This document shows, one piece after another, positions 1-13,257 of a DNA stretch of 64,000 bases. The stretch's first letter is position 1. Each line of letters starts with the position of its first letter. A program made the position numbers and the translations under genes. Source of the stretch: Amphiscolops sp. MND2022 (lineage: Eukaryota); NCBI GenBank assembly GCA_964187785.1, contig OZ076413.1:44828001-44892000 (forward strand), written 5' to 3'. Under the pieces are notes generated by a model. That model was not told the DNA's origin. It saw only the letters and a list, made by a program, of their open reading frames with translations, and did not search any database.

Positions 1-897
1 CCGAGTGTCTCTTTCGGAGCACTGGGCATTTCGACATGTCATGGTTTTTGTACCAGTTCCGAACTTTGAGAAAATCAAGTGGAAACATTCAAAAATTCGA
101 TAAAACGTCTTTAACAAATTGGTAGTGTTATCTTTGGCCTCGAAATGAATCAGGACGAACTCACATCTTGAAATATTTCTCAAGTAGTAGTTTAAAGCAA
201 TAGTAGTATTCGGAAGTTTATTCACTATTTCCGTTTCAATTCTTCAATCTTGTTCAGATTATGAAATGGAATTTCAAGACCACCAGTCTCAATGTTGTGG
301 TGAAAGATCGTGGTACCTTCGGGTCGATACATCACGTACTCGATATACATCACGAAACTACAACACGGATACTTTCAATGAAACATGGTTCCAACATGGA
401 ACGGAAACCGCGGGACGCAAATGGAAGATTTGAAACTGCTTTACAATTGAAACACTTTCTTCATAAAAACAAACCTCCGTTAATTGGAGCTGGGATCTGG
501 AAGAACCTATAATTTTGTGTTTCTCGCAAGAACCGGAATCCGAAGTTAAGAAACAACGCGGCATCGAGAAGACTTTAATCAATCCCTTCAAAACAAAATT
601 GGCCCAACACGTGAACCCTCAATATATAACTTACCGACAACAGTTCGGTCTTTGGCTGATAAAGTGTATTTGCTTCACAGCATTTCGCATACATTAAATT
701 TTTCATGAGATACATGCCATTCATTCAATGCGCGAAATATTTGAGAAAGATGAAAGTTTTTTTTACCTCTATCAGATATCATGGATCTTCGTCATCAATC
801 AAGTGCCGTGTGTATCATCATGTTGGGGGGAGAAGACACACACCCGTGGTCTGCAACGAAAGTAGGGAACCCCATACCAGCCACTATACCAGTAATA

Positions 898-1360
898 AAC
901 AAGACGAGAACGTCTAAAGTCGGCGCCATATCTAAGGCTCAAAAAGCGTAAAACACTTTTTTTGGAAAAAAATTGAAATTTTTGAAAAAATTTTTCTTTC
1001 AAAAGAAGTCACATAGTGCCGAAAAATGTAAAAGGGGGGACCCTTCTGGATTTATTAACAAACATTCCGTTGCAAAATATCAAAAAACTCAAAGGGGGGA
1101 CCCTTTGGGGACATTGAAAAATTTTGGAAAAAAGTCGCACAGTTCCGAAAAAAATCCAAAGGGGGGACCCTTTGGGCACGTCCGGTTTTGTATGTTTCCT
1201 TGAAAAAGTAAAAAATGAAAGGGGGACCCTTTGGAGTAAAGTTTGCCTTGGGCGGACTTGGCCTCAGGTGCTCTGCGCAGAATTGTAAAAAGTGGACCGA
1301 TCAGTGTGAGGATTGTAGTCTGAAGAAAAATAAGGAAAAAAGGAAAACGCGCCGACTAAA
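898..1360. mobile_element. Non-autonomous interspersed element, Helentron/DINE-1-like (copy 1, inverted relative to the copies at 52.6 and 59.4 kb)
   Basis: Starts AACAAGACGAGAACG..AGTCGGCGCCATATCTAAGGCTCAAAAAGC and ends CGCCGACTAAAA (subterminal inverted AGTCGGCG/CGCCGACT). Internal AAAGGGGGGACCCTT repeats. Closely matches the reverse complement of 59425-59900. Confidence 0.75.
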
Positions 1361-1532
1361 AAAACAACCAACAGTCTACTCAAACCAGCCACTACGCAGT
1401 CGACCGGTAGAATTTTTTTTAAAAGCTGCTATGATATAAAGTTTAAAAAAATTAGGCTATATGTAATAAATTTCTTCGAACGCATCTCTGTCGTTCGCAG
1501 TTCCTAGAACATAGTTCACGTTAGTTCACTAA

Positions 1533-1625
1533 GATGAAAGTGAAGCCATGCTGCTAATTGATGCCGACAATGCCTTCAACTCACTTAATCGCGACCTAGC
1601 TGTCCAAAACATCAAAATACTACGT
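1533..1625 (+). pseudogene. Short reverse transcriptase fragment of a CRE/SLACS-like non-LTR retrotransposon
   Basis: Hand translation DESEAMLLIDADNAFNSLNRDLAVQNIKIL matches the LLxDxxNAFNSLNR motif of CRE-clade RTs. Confidence 0.55.
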
Positions 1626-1947
1626 CGAGAAATATTTTGATAGTTGCCATCAATGTCGAGACGTTCGATGAGACCGGCAAAGAGCTTGAATTTCGAATTC
1701 TCAATTTTCTTGGGGACATTTTTCGATGAGTTCACGGTTTAGGATAACTATACAAGTAAATTAGTAATCATTACACGAATAAATTATTACAAAACGGTGA
1801 GAAATCAGTTAGGTCAAAATAGGCATCTCCGGGGCTCAGTACTATTTCTGCTTTAATCTTTATTTTTTTTAAACAACCGCCTTTAATTCTTCTCGGACTA
1901 AAGAAAATATAACTACTAAGCGTAGACAAAGTTTCGCATTCGCATTT

Positions 1948-2473
1948 GGTTACCAGTCACTTGGCTTAATACCATTTGGCTTAATTTTTTCGTCGAGTCA
2001 TTTGGCTTAAAAATTTTAGGCCAAGTGACCACAAAATAAGGCCAACTCTATGTCAACTCCCGGAAATATCATAATGTGGGGCATATGCGGTGTATGCACG
2101 CTCGCCCTCACCGTCGCAAAGACCAGCTCTCACTACGATCGCTTCGCGATCTTCGTTCCCGCTAGGTCTTTGCTCCTGTTCGACCTCGCTTAGCAAGATG
2201 GGAAAATAAGCGGCCCCAAGGGGCCGCAGGGCACTAGAGGAAATGGGGACATATCCGAGGGTTACTTGACATGTTATAATAATACGCAGACTACGTTATA
2301 GAGATAAATTCGACAAGATCTGCCACGTGTTTTCAACTAAGTGGTTTTAAGTCAAATGACTTTAAGCCAAGTGACCAATACCCGAGACACTTAGCTTAAA
2401 AAAATTAAGCCAAGTGACCAATTGTATTAGGCCAAATGACTTTAGGCCAAATGACCATTGGCGACGTATAACC
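1948..2473. repeat. MITE-like element with inverted arrays of short subterminal repeats, carrying a nested 190-bp element
   Basis: Left side has repeated (A/C)TTGGCTTAA; right side has the complementary TTAAGCCAAG/GGCCAAATGAC. Ends GGTTA...TAACC. Confidence 0.45.
2071..2260 (+). repeat. ~190-bp interspersed repeat, copy 1
   Basis: ATAATGTGGGGCATATGC...GCGGCCCCAAGGGGCCGC..CACTAG..ACATATCCGAGG recurs at 2703-2891, inverted at 12303-12496, and partially at 34320-34396. Confidence 0.85.
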
Positions 2474-2702
2474 AGGTCAAAAAAGTTTGGTCGAAAAAAC
2501 TGAGGTCGAAACTGGTCGAAAAATAATTGGGTCGAAATTGAATATGTAGCATTTTTTGATCGAACGATTAAGGTCAAACTGCTTTTCAAGATAGAATTTA
2601 GTCGAAAAAATTAACCAACAATCTTATTTATTCTAATTTCAGGTTTGGTTATGGGTGACCGCGGTCGTGAACACATCAAATGGCAGAGACTTTTAGTTTA
2701 TA

Positions 2703-2891
2703 TAATGTGGGGCATATGCGATGTATGCACGCTCGCCCTCACCGTCGCAAAGACCAGCTCGCACTACGATCGCTTCGCGATCTCCGTTCCCGCTAGGTCT
2801 TTGCTCCTGTTCGACCTCGCTTAGCAAGATGGGAATATAAGCGGCCCCAAGGGGCCGCGGGGCACTAGAGGAAATGGGGACATATCCGAGG
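2703..2891 (+). repeat. ~190-bp interspersed repeat, copy 2
   Basis: Near-identical to 2071-2260. Confidence 0.85.
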
Positions 2892-3215
2892 CACGTTTTG
2901 TACTAAAAAAAACCGCGTAAAAGTTCGTCCATTCTGCAAAAAATCGCATTTCTGAACGTTTTGACATTTTTTGAGCAATTCTGACCACTTTCTAGTTGTT
3001 CGACGCTTTTCCTATTTTTCTATTCGGTATAGGTCCGTTTTTTGCAAACTTTCGACCATTTTCTTCGATCATTTTACTTCGATCAATTTCGTTCGATCAC
3101 AGTTTCGCCCTTGCAATTCGACCGGATTATTTCGACCCGTTTCGTGTCACCCGTGACCATTTACCTCGCATTTGAATGCGGGCGAAGCTCTCAACGAACG
3201 AATAATTAACACTCA

Positions 3216-6200
3216 TTCGCTTCATCTCAATAACTCGGGGCAACGAAAGCACAATTACGAACATTCGCTCGCTTCATCTCAATGACGTCAGCATACGAAC
3301 GGATAATTACCACTCGCTCGTTCCATCGCACTAGAATTGAATTGTTGTCAGCAGCTTGAGAAATTTATTTCCCACGCTTACAGTCACTGCCGAACAAAAT
3401 ATCTGAATCAAAGAAAGAATTAAATTTTCTCTGATGGTATGTTTAGAAAATTGAACAATAGTACCAGTACAGAAGTTAAGTACAATGCAGTCAGTTTAAA
3501 TAAAATATAGCACTAGAGGGGACCCTCCAAAGGTTATTATTCCTAAACGGGGGAGGACCCCCCAAACACAAGGGCATCAACAAAAAACTATGTCTGCCAG
3601 ACGTTCGCTACTTATTTTGTTTTTAATTTTTAATATCAATCTTTTAGTCTCATATCCACCGATAGATTCATAATTGCGAGGTCATAGCTTCGTTTTTAGT
3701 AGATGATTCAGTAAGACAGTTCCACGATATTTTAGTGATTGTCGGCTGACTTGCGTTCGTGCTTCAGGTTCATAAAACATACTGGAAGAAACACTCCGAG
3801 TAAAAACAAGTGAATTTTTGTGGATAAATCCGCTCTTGATATTATGCAGTTGACTTTCTCTACTAGAACGCACGGCGAATTTTAATAGTTCAAATACCTA
3901 TAGATCAAAAACATTCATAATTTCGCTTCTTTTGAACAATTCATCCAATGGATATCGTCTGTGTTTAAAATATGTAATACGGAGGATTTTTTTTTAAACA
4001 AGAAATATATCATTCAGTACACTCATCCTCGTGCCTCCATATATCAAGAGTCCGTTTTGGATAATTGGTTTCATGTATGTTTTATGATATCGTATCACTA
4101 CCGAACTACTGGTGAAATGCCTTAGACGGTTAACAATGGATACATGTTTAGCTAATTTATTCAGTACTCGTTTGACGTGGAAACCATAGGTTAAATTTTT
4201 ATCAAGTAAGATACCCAGATGTTTAACGTATTCAGTACATGTTATTTCAGTATTTTTCAATACTATGCTTTCATCTTTGCAGTTTAAAAAATGGACCAAT
4301 TCAGTTTTAGGAATATTTTGACTAAGTTTATTCATAGCCGTCCATCCAGGAATGTGTTCAACTTCATCTTGTAATGTAGATGTCTCATTTTTGGGTCTCG
4401 CTTAAACGCAATTAGCATCATCCGCAAAGAGAAAGGAATAATGTTTTTACACGAGTTAGGGAAATCATTTACAAAAATTATAAAGAGCAGTGGGCCAAGA
4501 ATAGATCCTTGAGGAACGCCGCAGTCAATAAGTAATGGTTTTGAGACTTTACCGTTTATTGAGACACATTGACTTCGTTTACTTAGATATGAGGTGAACC
4601 AATCCAAGCAAACCCCTCTGACACCGTATGCTTCTAGTTTATACAAGAGAAATTCATGGTTTATTGTATCGAAGGCTTTTTGTAAATCAAGCAAAATACA
4701 AAAAATATCGAGGTTAGAATTATCCCTAATCATTTCTGTAATATAGGAAAGAGCGTGGATGGGGCTCAGTTTTGACCTGAATCCAAATTGTCTTGGGTAT
4801 AATAGCTTATTTTTATCCATGAAATTATATAATCGTTCATGCACAACACGTTCAAATATTTTGCTCAATACTGATAAAACAGATATGGGTCTGTAATCTT
4901 CACGTATAGATTTTTTCGCTTCATCTCAATAACTCGGGGCAACGAAAGCACAATTACGAACATTCGCTCGCTTCATCTCATTGACGTCAGCATACGAACG
5001 GATAATTACCACTCGCTCGTTCCATCGCACTAGAATTGAATTGTTGTCAGCAGCTTGAGAAACTTATTTCCCACGCTTACAGTCACTGCCGAACAAAATA
5101 TCTGAATGAAAGAAAGAATTAAATTTTCTCTGATGCTATGTTTAGAAAATTGAACAATAGTACCAGTACAGAAGTTAAGTACAATGCAGTCAGTTTAAAT
5201 AAATTATAGCACCAGAGGGACCCTCCAAAGGTTAATATTCCTAAACGGGGGAGGACCCTCCAAACACAAGGGCATCAACAAAAAACAAAAAACTATGTCT
5301 GCCAGACGTTCGCTACTTATTTTGTTTTTAATTTTTAATATCAATCTTTTAGTCTCATATCCACCGATAGATTCATAATTGCGAGGTAATAGCTTCGTTT
5401 TTAGTAGATGATTCAGTAAGACAGTTCCACGATATTTTAGTGATTGTCGGCTGACTTGCGTTCGTGCTTCAGGTATATAAAACATACTGGAAGAAACACT
5501 CCGAGTAAAAACAAGTGAATTTTCGTGGATAAATCCGCTCTTGATATTATGCAGTTGACTTTCTCTACTAGAACGCACGGCGAATTTTAATAGTTCAAAC
5601 ACCTATAGATCAAAAACATTCATAATTTCGCTTCTTTTGAACAATTCATCCGATGGATATCGTCTGTGTTTAAAATATGTAATACGGAGGATTTTTTTCT
5701 GAACAAGAAATATATCATTCAGTACACTCATCCTCGTGCACCCATATATCAAGAGTCCGTTTTGGATAATTGGTTTCATGTATGTTTTATGATATCGTAT
5801 CACTACCGAACTACTGGTGAAATGCCTTAGACGGTTAACAATGGATACATGTTTAGCTAATTTATTCAGTACTCGTTTGACGTGGAAACCATAGGTTAAA
5901 TTTTTATCAAGTAAGATACCCAGATATTTAACGTATTCAGTACATGTTATTTCAGTATTTTTCAATACTATGCTTTCATCTTTGCAGTTTAAAAATGGAC
6001 CAATTCAGTTTTAGGAATATTTTGACTAAGTTTATTCATAGCCATCCATCCAGGAATGTGTTCAACTTCATCTTGTAATGTAGATGTCTCATTTTTGGGT
6101 CTCGCTTAAACGCAATTAGCATCATCCGCAAAGAGAAAGGAATAATGTTTTTACACGAGTTAGGGAAATCATTTACAAAAATTATAAAGAGCAGTGGGCC

Positions 6201-8326
6201 AAGAATAGATCCTTGAGGAACGCCGCAGTCAATAAGTAATGGTTTTGAGACTTTACCGTTTATTGAGACACATTGACTTCGTTTACTTAGATATGATGTG
6301 AACCAATCCAAGCAAACCCCTCTGACACCGTATGCTTCTAGTTTATACAAGAGAAATTCATGGTTTATTGTATCGAAGGCTTTTTGTAAATCAAGCAAAA
6401 TACAAAAAATATCGAGGTTAGAATTATCCCTAATCATTTCTGTAATATAGGAAAGAGCGTGGATGGGGCTCAGTTTTGACCTGAATCCAAATTGTCTTGG
6501 GTATAATAGCTTATTTTTATCCATGAAATTATATAATCGTTCATGCACAACACGTTCAAATATTTTGCTCAATACTGATAAAACAGATATGGGTCTGTAA
6601 TCTTCACGTATAGATTTTTTCGCTTCATCTCAATAACTCGGGGCAACGAAAGCACAATTACGAACATTCGCTCGCTTCATCTCAATGACGTCAGCATACG
6701 AACGGATAATTACCACTCGCTCGTTCCATCGCACTAGAATTGAATTGTTGTCAGCAGCTTGAGAAACTTATTTCCCACGCTTACAGTCACTGCCGAACAA
6801 AATATCTGAATGAAAGAAAGAATTAAATTTTCTCTGATGCTATGTTTAGAAAATTGAACAATAGTACCAGTACAGAAGTTAAGTACAATGCAGTCAGTTT
6901 AAATAAAATATAGCACCAGAGGGGACCCTCCAAAGGTTAATATTCCTAAACGGGGGAGGACCCTCCAAACACAAGGGCATCAACAAAAAACAAAAAACTA
7001 TGTCTACCAGACGTTCGCTACTTATTTTGTTTTTAATTTTTAATATCAATCTTTTAGTCTCATATCCACCGATAGATTCATAATTGCGAGGTAATAGCTT
7101 CGTTTTTAGTAGATGATTCAGTAAGACAGTTCCACGATATTTTAGTGATTGTCGGCTGACTTGCGTTCGTGCTTCAGGTACATAAAACATACTGGAAGAA
7201 ACACTCCGAGTGAAAACAAGTGAATTTTCGTGGATAAATCCGCTCTTGATATTATGCAGTTGACTTTCTCTACTAGAACGCACGGCGAATTTTAATAGTT
7301 CAAATACCTATAGATCAAAAACATTCATAATTTCGCTTCTTTTGAACAATTCATCCGATGGATATCGTCTGTGTTTAAAATATGTAATACGGAGGATTTT
7401 TTTCTGAACAAGAAATATATTATTCAGTACACTCATCCTCGTGCACCCATATATCAAGAGTCCGTTTTGGATAATTGGTTTCATGTATGTTTTATGATAT
7501 CGTATCACTACCGAACTACTGGTGAAATGCCTTAGACGGTTAACAATGGATACATGTTTAGCTAATTTATTCAGTACTCGTTTGACGTGGAAACCATAGG
7601 TTAAATTTTTATTAAGTAAGATACCCAGATATTTAACGTATTCAGTACATGTTATTTCAGTATTTTTCAATACTATGCTTTCATCTTTGCAGTTTAAAAA
7701 ATGGACCAATTCAGTTTTAGGAATATTTTGACTAAGTTTATTCATAGCCATCCATCCAGGAATGTGTTCAACTTCATCTTGTAATGTAGATGTCTCATTT
7801 TTGGGTCTCGCTTAAACGCAATTAGCATCATCCGCAAAGAGAAAGGAATAATGTTTTTACACGAGTTAGGGAAATCATTTACATAAATTATAAAGAGCAG
7901 TGGGCCAAGAATAGATCCTTGAGGAACGCCGCAGTCAATAAGTAAAGGTTTTGAGACTTTACCGTTTATTGAGACACATTGACTTCGTTTACTTAGATAT
8001 GATGTGAACCAATCCAAGCAAACCCCTCTGACACCGTATGCTTCTAGTTTATACAAGAGAAATTCATGGTTTATTGTATCGAAGGCTTTTTGTAAATCAA
8101 GCAAAATACAAAAAATATCGAGGTTAGAATTATCCCTAATCATTTCTGTAATATAGGAAAGAGCGTGGATGGGGCTCAGTTTTGACCTGAATCCAAATTG
8201 TCTTGGGTATAATAGCTTATTTTTATCCATGAAATTATATAATCGTTCATGCACAACACGTTCAAATATTTTGCTCAATACTGATAAAACAGATATGGGT
8301 CTGTAATCTTCACGTATAGATTTTTT
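3216..8326. repeat. Tandem triplication of a ~1.7-kb unit (LINE 3' end plus ~190 bp downstream flank); units 3216-4916, 4917-6620, 6621-8326
   Basis: The junction CACGTATAGATTTTTT|CGCTTCATCTCAATAAC is at 4916/4917 and 6620/6621. RT ORFs repeat at 4332, 6036 and 7742. Confidence 0.95.
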
Positions 8327-8833
8327 GCCGGATTTGTATATCGGTACCACTCTCGCAGCTTTCAAAACCTGAGGAAATGTTCCACTTTTTAGCGATTCAT
8401 TCACGAGATAAGTTAATTTTTCAACTATTACATCGTGACTCACTTTTAGTATTTCTGCAGTCAGTCCATCTAGACCAGATGATTTATGGTTCTTAAGATT
8501 TTTTATAATCCTCGAAATCTCAATGCCATCAGCTGGATAAAAAAATAGTGATTTTTCATTAGTTTTTATACCATGAGTCGTGAATGGGACTTTATCAATT
8601 GAAGCAACTAAGGTTTTACTGATGGAAACAAATTTTTCATTGAACGATTCGGCCACATCAATATCATCCGTAATCAATTCATTTTTATCATTCTTGATAA
8701 CAAAGTTGGAATTTTTTGTTGCTTTACCAGTGATTTTGTTTAGTTCTTTGTAGAAACATTTTGGATTATTGATAAGCCCACTCAGACGTGAATCGTAATA
8801 TTCGCGCTTGCTTTTACGAAGCTGCTGGTGCAC
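6894..8833 (-). pseudogene. LINE ORF2 reverse transcriptase and C-terminal domain (frameshifted)
   Basis: Motifs [43 protein letters not shown] and KYLG. Catalytic FADD is out of frame (TTTGCGGATGAT read as LRMM), with the same lesion in all three copies. Confidence 0.93.
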
Positions 8834-9071
8834 ATTATTTCTAGCTCTTGTGTAGCGTAGCTTGTTCTGATAGGTTTTACAGCGCTTGTATCTGTGGAAA
8901 CTACAATTTCTTCGAATTAGGGCCTTTTTTACTTCCTTTGTGAACCAAGGTCTTACGGCATCTTGGTGTTCTGAGTGTTTTTCAACTGTGAAAGCATTAA
9001 CTGCTTCCGATATTGCATTGGCAAACGATTCAGTAGATGCATTGATGTCCTGTCCTAAATCCTGTCCTGTC

Positions 9072-9890
9072 CTAAGACCGGAGAAACGGTCTATCCTTAA
9101 TAAAATGTTGAGAACGAATGGATTTAGATTTACTTATGTTCAAATCAACGTAGGTTGCAAAATGGTCTGTAATATACGTCTTGATAACTCCAAATTCCAG
9201 AGGTCTTTGGTAGTCATTATGGATTATATGATCGATTAACGATTCTGAGTCAAGCGTTACACAGGTTGGTTCTTCGATTCCTTGGGCGCAACCATGAATT
9301 TCCAACAATTTCAAATACCTATCTGCAAAAGGGTTGCATTCCAAGAGGTCAATACTAATATCGCCTATTAGATAGTAGTTCTTAATTTGACTAAGAGACT
9401 CAAGAAGTAACTCAAACTGATCCAAGAAATCCTGTTTATTTACGGAAGGCGAATTGTTTAAGCACACAACGGTAAATTTTTCCTAATTCCTAGCGGTACA
9501 ATTGACTCCAGTATAGTTTAGATCAGGAATAGCATCTTTCTGTATGTTAAGCTCCAAAAGTTCAAATGCCAGCGATTCATGGACATATATTGCAACACCT
9601 TCATTTCTTGTTGAACCAGGATCAAATTCCATAGGTGCATAGGATTCTAGTGCGTAGGCATTTTTGTCTGCGGATTCAGTCATCCATGTTTCGGACAAGC
9701 AAATAATAGACGGTTTGTTTTCACGAAAGGTATCTATATGCGTTTCTAGTTCTTCAAAATTGTAGTCGATAGAACTTATGTTCAAATGAAAAATCCATTC
9801 GTTCTCAACACTTTGTTCTTTTAAGTTGTTTTTATGTTTAGGCTTTGATTTTTTACGTTTCAATTTGTAAGCTAGAGGGCCCCCTAACAA
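9072..9890 (-). pseudogene. LINE ORF2 apurinic/apyrimidinic endonuclease domain (split)
   Basis: Motifs HLNISSI, ICLSETW, GVAIYV, LIGDISIDL, PTxVT..SLIDHI, TDHFA. Confidence 0.9.
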
Positions 9891-10318
9891 AAATGTAGAC
9901 TACTTTTGCATACAGAGTAGACAAAATCCGGATCCCATTCATATAATTTGAAGAGGCTATCAAAGACAGTTTTTGTATCATTTTGTTGATACACAATTTT
10001 TTCGTTAATCATGTTAACAGAAGTTACATCTTGTCTTTGCCTCAATGCCTTAGCCAACCTTGCTCGTAGTAGCGTGAGATCATCGTTGATATAAATTTTA
10101 TTTTCACTATCCTTGAGCTTCTTTTTGTTGGTCATCAGCCCGATTTTGGTCTGTCTCCTTACAAATTTTGTAATGATAGGGCGCCCTTGGCCAGGCTTCA
10201 CATTTCTGCTGGGAACCCTATGGCAGATGCTGATGTCCGCTCTGGATACCTGACATCCCGCCTTTTCTGCCACATCGATCACAGCCTGGTACACGTCCTC
10301 ATTTGGTGCCTCCTCCAC
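9884..10318 (-). pseudogene. LINE ORF1 remnant (RRM/CTD-like)
   Basis: DISICHRV..PIITKFVRR..YINDDLT pattern typical of CR1/L2-group ORF1, immediately upstream of the endonuclease. Confidence 0.75.
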
Positions 10319-10592
10319 CCCAAATATGCGGCCGTGAATGCTGTTTCAATGCGCGCTTGCTAACGCTGTTCAAAAGGTTGAAATGTAAGTTTCTGTTGTC
10401 TGAATTACCAGAAAGCGGTACCCCAATGCTCGTAAACCGCAGTACTTGAACATGAATATTTTGACATTCTCTGAGCCGATGACTAGCAGATCTTCAACTT
10501 TTAATTTCTTTTACACAGAACTGACATCACTTGCCTAAAACACGTTTGCCAGATTAACCCGCAGATTAGTAGTTGTGCGGATTCAATATATA

Positions 10593-10975
10593 AACAAGAA
10601 GCCCCCTAAGCACCGGGATATTTTCCGCCCTGTTCGCCTTCACCAAATGAGACATAGCTATTTTGGGAGGGGGGATAGGATCTAAAGAATAAGATCTAAA
10701 ATTTGGGGACCAGGAACAGTATCTAAGGAATAATATCTAAAACAATGTCGAGAATAATATCTAAAGGAATAGTATCTAAAATGTCGTCATCAATCAGCGT
10801 TTCTTAAAAAACGCTTCTGTATTCATCATGTGCCCCCAGCCCGGGCGGGAGACAAAAAAATCCAACACCAACCCCCCCAGTATCTAAAATGCAAATTAGA
10901 GGAATTGTATCAAAAAAAAAACAGGAATAAGATCTAAAACTGAGAATTGTATCTAAAAACGGAAAATATGCCGGA
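10593..10975. repeat. Interspersed element with internal ATCTAAAA repeats (related starts at 36445 and 63332)
   Basis: Begins AACAAGAAGCCCCCTAAGCACCGGGATATTTTCCGCCC. A near-identical start lies at 36445-36496, followed by the same GGGAGGGGG..ATAGGATCTAAA sequence. Confidence 0.6.
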
Positions 10976-11021
10976 ATGTTCAATTGAAATTCAAGGAAAT
11001 ATGTCAAAATCGAGCAAACCA

Positions 11022-11778
11022 TCAACACTCAAAGAAGAAAGCAAATTTTGACGAGATTCTTCGCTGGTATTTTGGGCAGTTATCATCTTCAATACAAAAA
11101 GTACACAACATGTGGCCACAAGGTTTAGCAAAAAAACTTATTTTCCCTAGTTCGCAAGCTGAGCACTTAGTATAATCTTCGAGTTCACTTTCTTTGCACT
11201 CCAGGCCAATATCATAGAATTCGATGGGGTCATTTGGTGTTAACGCAGTCTCATTTTCGTCATCTTCGTTCAAATTTTCAGCCACCTTGGAATCACAAAA
11301 CTCACAAAAAGCAGGATATTAATATCCAAGTCCGGGAGGAAAATCAAGGCAACTTCATCATTTGCAGTGGCATAAGTGCGATAGAACACATTGTCCTCGT
11401 TCTTCCCGGATCACTGTTTTTAAGTAATGAATCAAAATCCTGAAAATGTTTTGGCACAGCGGGAATTACAGTAGCTCGACGCTTCCTCATTGTTGATGAT
11501 ATTTTTGCAAATGGGCTTACTTCGATACTGCTGGACGTGATATTTGAGTTATAAATATCCCTTGGCGCGAGTGGAGTTCTTTGTGCCTCGTTTTTCATTT
11601 TGGACTCGATTTTGATTTTTTGGATTTCATCTGGATTTTTGGGATGAGTGCGGGGTTGATTTTCGAAAAATTTCCATTTTCAACAGCGGCTGTGCCACAA
11701 CAACCATTTTTGTAAGAATGGCATCGCAAGTTGATTTTGCCTTTATACTCGTTGTTTTTGGTGTAACTGTAGCCGGGT
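11022..11778 (-). pseudogene. Internally deleted Mutator-like (MULE) transposase remnant: FLYWCH-type zinc finger, linker, C-terminal RING-like finger
   Basis: Hand translation GYSYTKNNEYKGKINLRCHSYKNGCCGTAAVENG..(frameshift)PRTHP, then PRDIYN..ISSTMRKRRATVIPAVP, then CSAC..KPCGHMLCTFC..CPK. Confidence 0.6.
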
Positions 11779-12302
11779 GGGCGGAAGTAGGTCGAAAGAA
11801 CGGGATCGAAAATCAGAGTTAGTCCTCAGGTCGACATACCAAATTTTTGAGTGGGTTCGAAACAACTCGGATCGAAATTTTTATAACGTAGTCAGATATG
11901 TTCACATACCCCTAGTGCCCTGAATGCAGGAGCGAAGCGAAGCGGAGCGACGTGCCATATGGCCATGCCTCAATGTTGCTCTTTGGCGAAGGGAGCGAAG
12001 CGACCGAGCCATACAACAATTACGATAAAATTCCGCTGCATTCCTTTCGATCCCTGCAATTCGATCAAAAGGTTCGACCAAAAAAATTTCGACCTATTTA
12101 CAGCCACCCAACCCTGGACCTGATTCCACGTAGCTGTTTCGGCGACAAAGTGTCGCCGAAACGTCTCTTAACAGGGTTGGAGGAAAATTGTCGCCGAAAC
12201 GTCTCTTCATAGGATGGGCGGAAACATATACATGAAGATTAGAACGTAAATTATCAGACTTGGTTTAGTATACATATAGAAGATATCGTTTAAGTATAAT
12301 AC

Positions 12303-12496
12303 GTGCCTTGGATATGTCCCCATTTCCTCTAGTGCCCTGCAGCCCCTTGGGGGCGCTTAGGTTCCCATCTTGCTAAGCGAAGTCGAACAGGAGCAAAGAC
12401 CTAGCGGGAACGGAGATCGCGAAGCAATCGTAGTGGGAGCTGGTCTTTGCGACGGTGAGGGCGACGTGCATACACAGCATATGCCCCACATTATAA
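12303..12496 (-). repeat. ~190-bp interspersed repeat, inverted copy 3
   Basis: Reverse complement of 2071-2260. Confidence 0.85.
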
Positions 12497-12799
12497 TATT
12501 TTCGCTACCAGTACTAACGTTTTTAGCTTTTTGGAGCCGCCATTTTGTCTCCGAAACGTCTGTCACCGAAACGTCTAGAATACTCTCGGACGATCCAATA
12601 ACGGACCTCAGTTTACGATGTCCCCCCACCTATAGTATAGGCTTTTATTATTTTCCGACCCCACATTTTATAAATGGGGAAGGAAAATCATGATCTGTGA
12701 CCCGTTTTTTTTCCAAATTTGCCAAATCTCAACAATCTCCACCTTTTGATTACTTGACAATTTTATATAGCCATTAGTAACTAAAACAGTCAAGTATAT

Positions 12800-12999
12800 N
12801 NNNNNNNNNNNNNNNNNNNNNNNNNNNNNNNNNNNNNNNNNNNNNNNNNNNNNNNNNNNNNNNNNNNNNNNNNNNNNNNNNNNNNNNNNNNNNNNNNNNN
12901 NNNNNNNNNNNNNNNNNNNNNNNNNNNNNNNNNNNNNNNNNNNNNNNNNNNNNNNNNNNNNNNNNNNNNNNNNNNNNNNNNNNNNNNNNNNNNNNNNNN
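12800..12999. other. Assembly gap (200 N)
   Basis: Run of N. Confidence 1.
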
Positions 13000-13257
13000 T
13001 TTCCTTTCTATGTTAACAAGTATAGTACTACCTCTTTTTGTACTGCTTAGTATTTACTACAACTTTTATACACTTATACATTATATACAAACCCATTTCT
13101 TCTTTTCCTAAGTACAGCACTTACATTATTCCTACAAGTTGTATTCATAGACCAAATCTTACCATATAGTTCACAATTCAATACAAAATATCTTCTTTTC
13201 CAATACCTCTATCCTTTATGGCAATCTTATTATACTAACTAAATCTTACACCAAATA

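Larger units (their letters stand above)
3405..10330 (-). mobile_element. Degenerate LINE (CR1/L2 group) non-LTR retrotransposon, near full length, 3' part triplicated
   Basis: ORF1-like (9884-10318), AP endonuclease (9072-9890), RT (7308-8833) and C-terminal region in the expected order. Minus-strand 3' tail reads AATTCTTTCTTTGATTC near 3405-3422. Confidence 0.9.

Noticed and set aside
261..917. Short plus-strand ORFs as a gene or integrase fragment
   Set aside because: No diagnostic motif recognised.
11022..11285. Standalone host RING/IAP gene
   Set aside because: The last Cys ligand is lost (CPKY) and it is contiguous with transposase-like remnants.
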